Below, in pieces: positions 1 through 7,430 of a DNA stretch of 64,000 bases (position 1 is its first letter; the number at the start of each line of letters is the position of its first letter). The stretch comes from an uncultured bacterium (GTDB lineage: Bacteria; Pseudomonadota; Alphaproteobacteria; Rs-D84): NCBI GenBank assembly GCA_950096895.1, contig CATNBF010000001.1, positions 20,853 through 84,852 of the forward strand. The letters run 5' to 3'. A program made the translations under genes and the position numbers. The notes beneath the pieces were generated by a model. It saw nothing but the letters and a program-made list of their open reading frames with translations. It was not told the DNA's origin and searched no databases.

Positions 1-26
1 GCCGTTGGGTAAATCCAGATAGTATC

Positions 27-59
27 TAAAAAAAATCCTGGTTATTCCGGGATTTTTTT
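27..59. terminator. intrinsic terminator-like hairpin
   Basis: aaaaaatcctgg-ttatt-ccgggattttttt: 8-bp stem flanked by an A-run and a T-run. It follows a gene that lies upstream of the window. Confidence 0.55.
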
Positions 60-164
60 ATGAATATTTTTCATGACCGATGATATTCATGCGTCCAATT
101 GGTTGCGACATCCGACCCAAATAATCAAACCAAATAAATTTACCCAGGTTACCCAAAAAACAAC

Positions 165-193
165 TTGCGTAAAATCGCGCAAAGGGCTAGAAT
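165..193 (+). promoter_or_regulatory. sigma70-type promoter of Cys-rich locus 1 (TTGCGT - 17 nt - TAGAAT)
   Basis: The block cttgcgtaaaatcgcgcaaagggctagaattcct is repeated verbatim at 13620-13652 and in diverged form at 14836-14867. It lies outside the inverted repeats. Confidence 0.6.
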
Positions 194-216
194 TCCTAGG
201 GTATCGGGGAATTTAC

Positions 217-258
217 CTATGCCTAATTCAAAGGGTGGTTTAGATTAGGCATAGTTTT
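217..258 (+). terminator. leader hairpin (ctatgcctaat / attaggcatag, 16-nt loop) followed by TTTT in this cassette orientation
   Basis: 11-bp stem at 217-227 / 244-254, then tttt at 255-258. The same hairpin at locus 3 is followed by ttaggtc instead. Confidence 0.5.
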
Positions 259-321
259 CGTTCCAAAAATCCCCATTTTCTGCCCCTTTTTTATGACTTA
301 ACTATGCCTAATCTAAACCAC
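235..321. promoter_or_regulatory. invertible DNA switch, OFF-like orientation (IRL 235-256, cassette 257-299, IRR 300-321)
   Basis: Perfect 22-bp inverted repeat gtggtttagattaggcatagtt / aactatgcctaatctaaaccac. The 43-bp cassette is the reverse complement of the cassette at 14927-14976. Confidence 0.75.
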
Positions 322-1041
322 GGTTTTTTATTATTGGCCGCGGTTATGGCGGCAGCCCCGGCATGCGGGGCAATCCCGGGCGGGATTTGCGGCAAGCTAA
401 GCCCGGATTATCCCTTAAATGGTGTTGTTGTACCGGGTGGCGCGTTTATAAATGGGGCCATAGTGCCCGATAAACATTATTCTTGCGCATCTGATGTCTG
501 GGAATTAGACGATGTTGTCAGCAATTACCAATGCATTGAATTCACCGATATTCGATTAAAAAGTACAGAAAAAAACAAAGAATTTTATACATTAAGTGGA
601 TGTACATACGCCGGATTTGGTTGTCATCTGAACAATATTGTATACACCAAGGCTGGCACCCCACAATGCCGCGAATGCACCGGAAATCGCGTGGTGTATC
701 CCCTGCGTCGTACATAATATGAAGATATTAATGGTGTCCACAACGCATATATCCATAACAAAACTGTGTGCGAATACTGTGACAATGGATATTACATCAT
801 GATGCCAGAAATAAATCCCGGCACAGGCCCCACATGCAGAAAATGCCCCGATGCAGATTTTCCCGCAGATGAAATATACTCGTGGGGTGATGGCGGTGTT
901 GATACATGCATGGCATTGATTTATATCGATCCAGACACTGATGGCGTTCATGGTCAAGATGATTCTGGGCAATATATCATCACATATAATTCAGATGACA
1001 TGATGTATGAAGATACAATTGCGTGCCCCTATCGGCCATAA
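304..1041 (+). pseudogene. Cys-rich secreted protein, paralog 1, interrupted by an in-frame TAA at 715-717
   Basis: It starts with arm-encoded MPNLNHGF plus a signal peptide (LLLAAVMAAAPACG). ORFs 304-717 and 766-1041 share one frame and are separated only by a single TAA (..PLRRT*YEDINGVHNAYIHNKTVCEYCDNGYY..). CxxC and CxxCP motifs occur on both sides. Confidence 0.6.
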
Positions 1042-1080
1042 AATTTCGGCCGGTACCAAATATACAGGCCAATCTGCATA

Positions 1081-2172
1081 TTAATCAATGGTCACAGGAA
1101 CGATGGTTTCCACCTGGCGTTCATCCAAGGGATGCCATTGATATTTCACATTGGCAAAATCGATCTTGTCCATATCAATTGACCGCAATGTGCGATTATA
1201 CATTGTATGATAATATACCTTGCGGTTGGTTAAATCGGTCGCAATTGTCCACTGGGTTGCCGCCGGCATATTATTAGGCGCAGCCCCAACCCCGAATTGG
1301 ATCCCCAACGGCACATCAAACGTATTCAAAATATGAAACGCCTGTAAAACCGTATCGTACCCTGTTTTTTGGGGTAATGAATACGATTGGAAAAAAGATG
1401 CCCGAACAAATCGCGACGGCGGCGTCATATCACCCGGCAGACCTAAAAAGCCACTGCCGGAACCAAAAGCCGTCAATGTCACATCCCCCAACGCGGTTTT
1501 CATGGTTGTTGGGCCCGCCGTGCCAGGTCTTAGATTAACATAATTGTTCAGATTGGTCACCATCCATTCAAACCCAGGCGCATTGGTTAATACCCCCACC
1601 TGGTTTTCGAAAAAGTGTGGAACCCCATCGGTAATTTCCAAGACGACTTCGCGACCGGATGCTTCTGCGATACGCCAATGAACCGTCGCGGTGCGGTTAT
1701 CAATATTAACGATGCGAACCCCTTGGATGGCTTTTTTAACCTGGTCAATGGTGGAAAATTGAGACAAGATCCATGATACCACCTGGAAATCAGCCAATGT
1801 TTTTTCATTATATGCCGGATCATAATCAACATATTTGCCATAGGCTGGGAAATAAAACAAGGCCGCGGATAAACCGGCTTCGTTCGTGCCATCGATGATG
1901 AATTCTGGCTGCTCTACCCCCAGACCAACAAAGCCAAATCGGCTGGTAAATTCCATTCCATCGGCGGTGCCGCCGGGGACAAAAGACTTTACCGTATGGT
2001 CACGCGGAATCACAACGTAAATATTATCTACTTCTTCGCGGGACCAATCAACAGTACGCGCAACAATAATTGAATTATCCTGGGATTTTAGCGTAATCCC
2101 CGTACATGCATCAGCACCACCGATCATTCCCATCGTCAATGCGCCCGCCATAATCATTGATAAATGCTTCAT
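1081..2172 (-). CDS. choloylglycine hydrolase / penicillin V acylase family (Ntn hydrolase), secreted
   Basis: Signal peptide followed by the nucleophile Cys (GGADA|CTGITLKSQDNSIIVARTVDW). 363 aa. Confidence 0.75.
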   Translation of the reverse strand: MKHLSMIMAGALTMGMIGGADACTGITLKSQDNSIIVARTVDWSREEVDNIYVVIPRDHTVKSFVPGGTADGMEFTSRFGFVGLGVEQPEFIIDGTNEAGLSAALFYFPAYGKYVDYDPAYNEKTLADFQVVSWILSQFSTIDQVKKAIQGVRIVNIDNRTATVHWRIAEASGREVVLEITDGVPHFFENQVGVLTNAPGFEWMVTNLNNYVNLRPGTAGPTTMKTALGDVTLTAFGSGSGFLGLPGDMTPPSRFVRASFFQSYSLPQKTGYDTVLQAFHILNTFDVPLGIQFGVGAAPNNMPAATQWTIATDLTNRKVYYHTMYNRTLRSIDMDKIDFANVKYQWHPLDERQVETIVPVTID

Positions 2173-2248
2173 AAAATCCCCCCATGTTTAACCCGTTGGG
2201 GAAATTATAGCCAGCGTCCATCAAATGCGTCTATAAGATTATTGTCAC

Positions 2249-3187
2249 CTAGCGGCCCAAACCATATTCACGAACAATACGCGCAATAATACGTGTCGGA
2301 ATACCGGTCTGACGTGATGCGGCGGCCTTGCTGCCCTTGGCCTGGGCCAATGCCAGTCGAACCATTTCAATTTCTGCATCGGTAATCTGGCGTCGTTGTT
2401 GGGGCTTTGGCCGTACCGGCAGAATTTGGTATTTTTTATTCCACAAATACATCTGACTGGGGCAGATGTCATATTTCTCTTCGATAACAAAGAAACTGGC
2501 CTGGGCCGATTGGGCATCTTGGGGCATCTTATTCATGATACCCAAGGCTTCATCCAGATATGCCTTTATTTCATCTTCTGTAAACTTGCGCCGTGACGGA
2601 ATCACAAAAACTTTTAGTTCGCGATTCCATCCGCGAATAACAGAATCATGGATATTATACTTGCGACTGGCATTCATGATCCCATGGTCAGATGCATAAT
2701 TCAAAATTTCACGCTTTTTCTCGATCGAACATATCTCGATCACCCCATGATAAATACCGAACTTTTCCGCCCAGCGATAGACACTCACTTCGTCAATAGC
2801 AAAACGTCGACACGCCGCACCTAAACCTTTATCATTCGCATAACGCAAGATTATTTTCTTTTGCTTGTCCGTAAAGTGTTTTAAGACTTTTGATTGAAAA
2901 ACATGCATTGTCTGGTTCCAGGAATAAATCAATGACGGTTTCACATCATACTTTTGACCGGCGACCGATACACCGTTATCGCGGGCATATTTCAAGATTT
3001 CCTGTTTTTGTGCATCTGTAAATTGACGATATGGTGCCCGCATAGGATAAATTTGATATGTATAATTCCACTGTGTTATCATATTACGATTCAAACGGAA
3101 CTTTCGTGCCGCCGCGCTAATCCCATTGTCACGTGCATATTCTAATACAGGTATGATGTATTCTGCGGTCAATTCAGTATATTTCAT
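2249..3187 (-). CDS. protein built from about six tandem helix-turn-helix modules
   Basis: Repeating ~50-aa units such as ILKYARDNGVSVAGQKYDVKPSLIYSWN, ILRYANDKGLGAACRRFAIDEVSVYRWA and ILNYASDHGIMNASRKYNIHDSVIRGWN. They resemble the HTH of IS3-type transposase OrfA. Confidence 0.55.
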   Translation of the reverse strand: MKYTELTAEYIIPVLEYARDNGISAAARKFRLNRNMITQWNYTYQIYPMRAPYRQFTDAQKQEILKYARDNGVSVAGQKYDVKPSLIYSWNQTMHVFQSKVLKHFTDKQKKIILRYANDKGLGAACRRFAIDEVSVYRWAEKFGIYHGVIEICSIEKKREILNYASDHGIMNASRKYNIHDSVIRGWNRELKVFVIPSRRKFTEDEIKAYLDEALGIMNKMPQDAQSAQASFFVIEEKYDICPSQMYLWNKKYQILPVRPKPQQRRQITDAEIEMVRLALAQAKGSKAAASRQTGIPTRIIARIVREYGLGR

Positions 3188-3296
3188 GTTCGCCCATCCG
3201 GTTGTGTTATATGTTTATATAGCACAAAAATAAATATTGTCAATACCAGTTTATGACCCCTGTTCTTTTTTTCTGGGGCCCCAGCAGCAGATACAC

Positions 3297-4304
3297 CTAT
3301 GACTTGCGTTCATAGCGGCGGGCAATCACCCCGGCAATGGCAAATACCGCGGTTACAATCAAGATAACATTAATAACCTCGCGCAATCGCTGGGTAAAGA
3401 TATAGCGGATAAACCACGCTTCGAGATATTCCCGCTTTGGCCCGGAAAATTCGACGTATTTCGGACGAACAGTCACACCAGAATTTTTATTAATTTGCAC
3501 CTGGACATAACCATATTTTCCCCGATCATAGAATCGCGGCGTTTGACCAGATGACGGAACCGTATAAATGGGAATACCGGCAAATGTACTGGTCGAAAAG
3601 TAATGCACATGCCCAAAAATCATTGCATCGATCTTTTGACCACGAACGATGGCGGCAAAACGTTCTGCATCTGGATCTGACATACGATGGCGTTCTGTAT
3701 CTGATGGATTAATCGGCGGCATATGCCCAAATAATACACAATGACGAAATAATGGACGAATAAATTCCAGCGTCTCGGCCAGCCATTCAAACTGCTCTTC
3801 TTCGATGACATCAGATGAATCCATCGCAATAAACAGCGTATCCCCATATCCGAACCAATAATATGTCGGTCCCACAACCGCACGATAATAACGCTTGTCA
3901 ATATTGCCGCGCTTTTCTACGTCATGATTTCCTGGAATCATATAAAACGGCATGCCGTTCAAGTGCCGGCCCATTTCCCTAAACATCCAATAAAAATTTG
4001 CCGGCCGCCGATCAGAAACCAAGTCCCCCAAATACATAATAAACCCAGGGATATTTTCATCCGATCGGGCATCATCAATAACCCGTTCAATAACATGATT
4101 ATGTGATCCAGTATCTGACATAACAGCGACATTAAATTCCCGCACATCATCTTTCAAAAAATGTGATGCCGGGGGTAACAAGTTTTGCGTTGGCCGCAGA
4201 AAATCCGCCCCCAAATAGGTATGCACCACAAACAGTCCAAACGCCAATGTAATAAAGACAGCCGCAATAATAAAAAATATTCGTGATAATTTTTTTTGTC
4301 GCAT
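3297..4304 (-). CDS. membrane-anchored calcineurin-like metallophosphoesterase
   Basis: Motifs GDLV, GNHD, GHMPP and GHVH. Hydrophobic N- and C-terminal helices. Confidence 0.75.
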   Translation of the reverse strand: MRQKKLSRIFFIIAAVFITLAFGLFVVHTYLGADFLRPTQNLLPPASHFLKDDVREFNVAVMSDTGSHNHVIERVIDDARSDENIPGFIMYLGDLVSDRRPANFYWMFREMGRHLNGMPFYMIPGNHDVEKRGNIDKRYYRAVVGPTYYWFGYGDTLFIAMDSSDVIEEEQFEWLAETLEFIRPLFRHCVLFGHMPPINPSDTERHRMSDPDAERFAAIVRGQKIDAMIFGHVHYFSTSTFAGIPIYTVPSSGQTPRFYDRGKYGYVQVQINKNSGVTVRPKYVEFSGPKREYLEAWFIRYIFTQRLREVINVILIVTAVFAIAGVIARRYERKS

Positions 4305-4463
4305 TGTTTGAATTCCCTTTGCTTGTTATCCTAAATAATAAAGATCACCCCATATCTTGTCCAGATTTTAATTTTATCCCCCCGGCAAAATAACGATCTT
4401 TATTTAATTGCAAATGCGCGCAATAGTTATATAATTTATTCGCATCAACAACAGGAATTTCTT

Positions 4464-4994
4464 ATGATATTTGAAAATCATATTGATTGTGGGGATTTTA
4501 CGTTGGAAAAGTTGACGCCAACGGATGAAAATGCGGTTGCATTACTAACAGTCATAAATGATAATCGGCTATTCCTGGGAAAATATCTGGAATGGGTGGA
4601 CGCGTATACAACACCAGAAAAAGCATTGGCAAATATTGCAAAGACCCATGCTGATGATGTATGTTCTTATTTTATTATCGTGGATGGTCGAATTGCAGGC
4701 AAGATAAGTTTCGTTGATACCGATGATAATATGGGTGAAATAAGTTACTGGTTGGCCAGCAAATATACGGCCCGCGGTATTATGACGCGTGCCTTGAATT
4801 TGATGACGGATATCGGATTTAATAAAATGAAATTAAATCGTATTCAATTAACTATTGATGTGGACAATACAGATTCTGATGCAGTGGCACGGCGTTGCGG
4901 TTTTCAACTGGATGGTGTTTTGCGCCAATATTTTCTGTTGCGTGGTGTACCATGTGATATGAAGATGTATTCAAAACTTAAGATGGACAAGTAA
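4464..4994 (+). CDS. GNAT family N-acetyltransferase (RimJ/RimL-like)
   Basis: 176-aa ORF with a GNAT-like pattern (..IAGKISFVD.., ..ARGIMTRAL..). Confidence 0.65.
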   Translation: MIFENHIDCGDFTLEKLTPTDENAVALLTVINDNRLFLGKYLEWVDAYTTPEKALANIAKTHADDVCSYFIIVDGRIAGKISFVDTDDNMGEISYWLASKYTARGIMTRALNLMTDIGFNKMKLNRIQLTIDVDNTDSDAVARRCGFQLDGVLRQYFLLRGVPCDMKMYSKLKMDK

Positions 4995-5096
4995 AAATCC
5001 ACCCCAAAAAAGTATGCACCACAAACAGTCCAAACGCCATTGTGATAAAGACAATTGCGGTGATAAAAACAGACGTGATAATTTTTTGCGACACAT
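4995..5096 (-). pseudogene. duplicated, frame-broken fragment of the 5' end of the metallophosphoesterase gene
   Basis: aaatccaccccaaaaaagtatgcaccacaaacagtccaaacgcca.. aligns base-for-base with 4201-4304 (aaatccgcccccaaataggtatgcaccacaaacagtccaaacgcca..). It contains indels and is followed by no ORF. Confidence 0.6.
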
Positions 5097-5296
5097 ATGG
5101 GTCCGCAAAAAAATTAAATATGCTGGGATTATTCTATAGGATGAAAAGCATCCTGACCAATTGAAAATACCCCGCGCCGCCGCCCACTAAAAAAAATAAA
5201 TAAAAACCCATGAAGATAAAAAATAGTTTAGAAACGTGTTAAATCTTATATTTTTCATTTCGAAATTGTGATATAATTCCGCCAAAGAAGATTGTC

Positions 5297-6199
5297 TTGC
5301 AACTGTCTATTAATATTGGTTGGTTTGAATGTCAACACCCCAGCAAAGATTTTGGAATCGATTTTTTTACTTTGCCGGCAATTCTGAAAAAGGCCGGATT
5401 TGCGGCAGCGGAATATTTCCCATCCGTGGGACATTTTTCTATGAATCCAAAAACAATAAACAAAATAATGCGTAATGCCGGTATGCGTTTTTTTAGCGGT
5501 CATTTACCGATGGTGGGCGGACAATTGTCTTTTGATGCGCCGGTATATAAACAACGGTTGGAATATATTAAAGACTGGATTGATTATTTCGCACAACTTG
5601 GGATACAGGTTGCGGTTATACATCCTGATGAAGGGCCTTTTCCATTATCCGAACACCAGGCGCGCATGGAATTGTGCGTGAAATGGGCGCATGCATTGGC
5701 GCACCATGCTGCAAAGTACGGTATGAAAATCGCGGTTGAAACAACATGGATGCGGGGGTCTTTGTTTGCATACCATAAAAATTTACAATATTTTAAAGAC
5801 AGAATCAAAGCAGATAATTTGGGATTTTGCTTTGATGTAGGGCATGCGTATGCGTCTGAGAGCCCGGCAGCCAAAAAAGATGTGGAAAAGCATTTTTGGC
5901 AGACATGGGAAATATTAAAAGATCGTATTTTTACTTTCCATTTGCACAATACATATCCGTGTGTTGATTTTCATAATCCGTTTCATATGGGTGGAATTGA
6001 TTTCAAGCGTTTTTTTAGCGAACTTAAAAAGATGAAATATGAATTCCCATTAACGCTGGAACTGAATCCTGGAAAATGTTTGGGGATTGGTGAACGCAGT
6101 GATATAAAAAGTTGGGGGCCAGCCGAAAATAATTCAAATATTGAAAAATCATTGTGTGCTGCCGCCAAGATGTTCCATAAATATTATGATGTGGCATAG
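5297..6199 (+). CDS. sugar phosphate isomerase/epimerase (xylose isomerase-like TIM barrel)
   Basis: Patterns FCFDVGHAY and FHLHN. 300 aa. The TTG start is uncertain. Confidence 0.6.
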   Translation: MQLSINIGWFECQHPSKDFGIDFFTLPAILKKAGFAAAEYFPSVGHFSMNPKTINKIMRNAGMRFFSGHLPMVGGQLSFDAPVYKQRLEYIKDWIDYFAQLGIQVAVIHPDEGPFPLSEHQARMELCVKWAHALAHHAAKYGMKIAVETTWMRGSLFAYHKNLQYFKDRIKADNLGFCFDVGHAYASESPAAKKDVEKHFWQTWEILKDRIFTFHLHNTYPCVDFHNPFHMGGIDFKRFFSELKKMKYEFPLTLELNPGKCLGIGERSDIKSWGPAENNSNIEKSLCAAAKMFHKYYDVA

Positions 6200-6220
6200 T
6201 TCTTGTTGTGAGAGTTGATA

Positions 6221-6246
6221 AAATCCCGCCCAAATGGGCGGTTTTG
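6221..6246 (+). terminator. intrinsic terminator
   Basis: aaaatcccgccc-aaat-gggcggtttt directly after the stop at 6199. Confidence 0.65.
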
Positions 6247-6577
6247 TCTATCTTGGTCCTGCGCACGGCAGGGTACTTGTACAGCGCGAACATCGCTTTG
6301 CTCGTTCTTGTCAACGGCGTAATCGAACCAATTGTCTCTCATCTCATCGCCCAACACCCAATAATTAAACCCGCCAATGGCGGGTTGAATTCTTGGTTGG
6401 GGCAGCTGGATTCCCTTGGCACTAATGTGCCTGTGGGGAAACCGTGACGACTCGACCGCACTTCGTTTGTCTCGTCTACTTGTTTTCGAACCATGTTGGT
6501 TCTCATCTCATCGCCCAACACCCAATAATTAAACCCGCCATTGGCGGGTTGAATTCTTGGTTGGGGCAGCTGGATTC
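6247..6577 (-). repeat. tRNA-Gln-linked tandem element (two units, 164-bp period)
   Basis: The tRNA 3' end tggttggggcagctggattc at 6558-6577 recurs at 6394-6413. Each copy is followed, in tRNA orientation, by a terminator hairpin and a conserved module. Confidence 0.8.
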
Positions 6578-6631
6578 GAACCAACACTGACGGAGTCAGA
6601 GTCCGGCGTTCTACCATTAAACTATGCCCCA
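6558..6631 (-). tRNA. tRNA-Gln (anticodon CTG)
   Basis: Manual fold of tggggca-ta-gttt-aatggta-gaac-g-ccgga-CTCTGAC-tccgt-cagt-gttgg-ttcgaat-ccagc-tgcccca-a-cca. CCA is encoded. There is one C/U mismatch at the top of the anticodon stem. Confidence 0.85.
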
Positions 6632-6701
6632 AGCGCGCCCATTATATGTCTTAAGTACGACAAATGCAAGTGTAAAATTCTGTTTTTATCAACCGGGGAT
6701 G

Positions 6702-7430
6702 TTATTTATGATGACATGCACAGTCATGGTCACAGGCGCACGCCTGGTTGGATTCGCAATGATGGCCGCCACAGCCGCATTCACATCCGCACCCATATGC
6801 ATCCCGGACATAGGGATTTGTCCGACGCATTTCACCCCATGTCACGGCATATCCATGCCCCGGAACCACAAACGTTTCATCGGCCAAGTTCATTGCACAT
6901 ATCCGGGAAATTGTTGTCGCCAACGCACGATCATCACCCCCGGGTAAATCACAACGCCCCACCCCATTGGCAAACAATGTATCACCAATGATTAAAATAC
7001 CACTGTCTGGGAAATAAAAGGCCACCCCACCGGCCGAATGTCCGGGCGCAGCAATCACATCGGCCCACGCGCCTGGTAAAATTTCAAATGTCCCATATGG
7101 TAAATTCGTGGGCGCAACCGATCCATCAATCACCGGCAATCCGAAATAAGCCAACAGATCCCGCGACCATTCAATTAATGCCGTATCCGCCGTATTCAAG
7201 TACCATGGAACATCGTATCGTGCGGCCAAATGTGGGGCCGCCGAAATATGATCCCCATGTCCATGGGTTGAATACACCGCCCGCAGTGATAATCCGCGTT
7301 CACCCAACAAACGTTGCCAATCGTCTGCGCGTCCCCACGCATCAAAGATCACGGCATCATTACCAACCGTCATCAAAACAGAGTTCGTATTTTCCGGCGG
7401 CATCGCCATAATTTCAAATTTGGCGGGCAT
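6702..7430 (-). CDS. MBL-fold metallo-hydrolase (glyoxalase II-like) with a Cys/His-rich C-terminal tail
   Basis: HGHGDH motif. The C-terminus is GCGCECGCGGHHCESNQACACDHDCACHHK. The start ATG overlaps the ftsH stop (TAATG). Confidence 0.75.
   Translation of the reverse strand: MPAKFEIMAMPPENTNSVLMTVGNDAVIFDAWGRADDWQRLLGERGLSLRAVYSTHGHGDHISAAPHLAARYDVPWYLNTADTALIEWSRDLLAYFGLPVIDGSVAPTNLPYGTFEILPGAWADVIAAPGHSAGGVAFYFPDSGILIIGDTLFANGVGRCDLPGGDDRALATTISRICAMNLADETFVVPGHGYAVTWGEMRRTNPYVRDAYGCGCECGCGGHHCESNQACACDHDCACHHK

Noticed and set aside
217-321. Purely RNA-level explanation (attenuator or riboswitch-like alternative pairing of the three repeat copies) for the conserved leader
   Set aside because: Alternative RNA pairing may well exist, but it cannot explain why the spacer at locus 3 is the exact reverse complement of the spacer at loci 1 and 2 with swapped flanks. 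Only DNA inversion does.
766-1041. ORF 766-1041, and likewise 14331-14726, as independent genes
   Set aside because: Both lack a signal peptide and an SD. Both are contiguous with the upstream Cys-rich ORF, in the same frame across a single TAA for the first and at +1 across an A7 tract for the second. They are better explained as the distal parts of disrupted paralogs.
6557-6991. ORF 6557-6991 (144 aa) and ORF 6624-6947
   Set aside because: The first starts inside tRNA-Gln on the opposite strand, and both are antisense to the MBL hydrolase gene. Their His/Pro/Arg-rich composition is typical of antisense translation of a Cys/His-rich tail.
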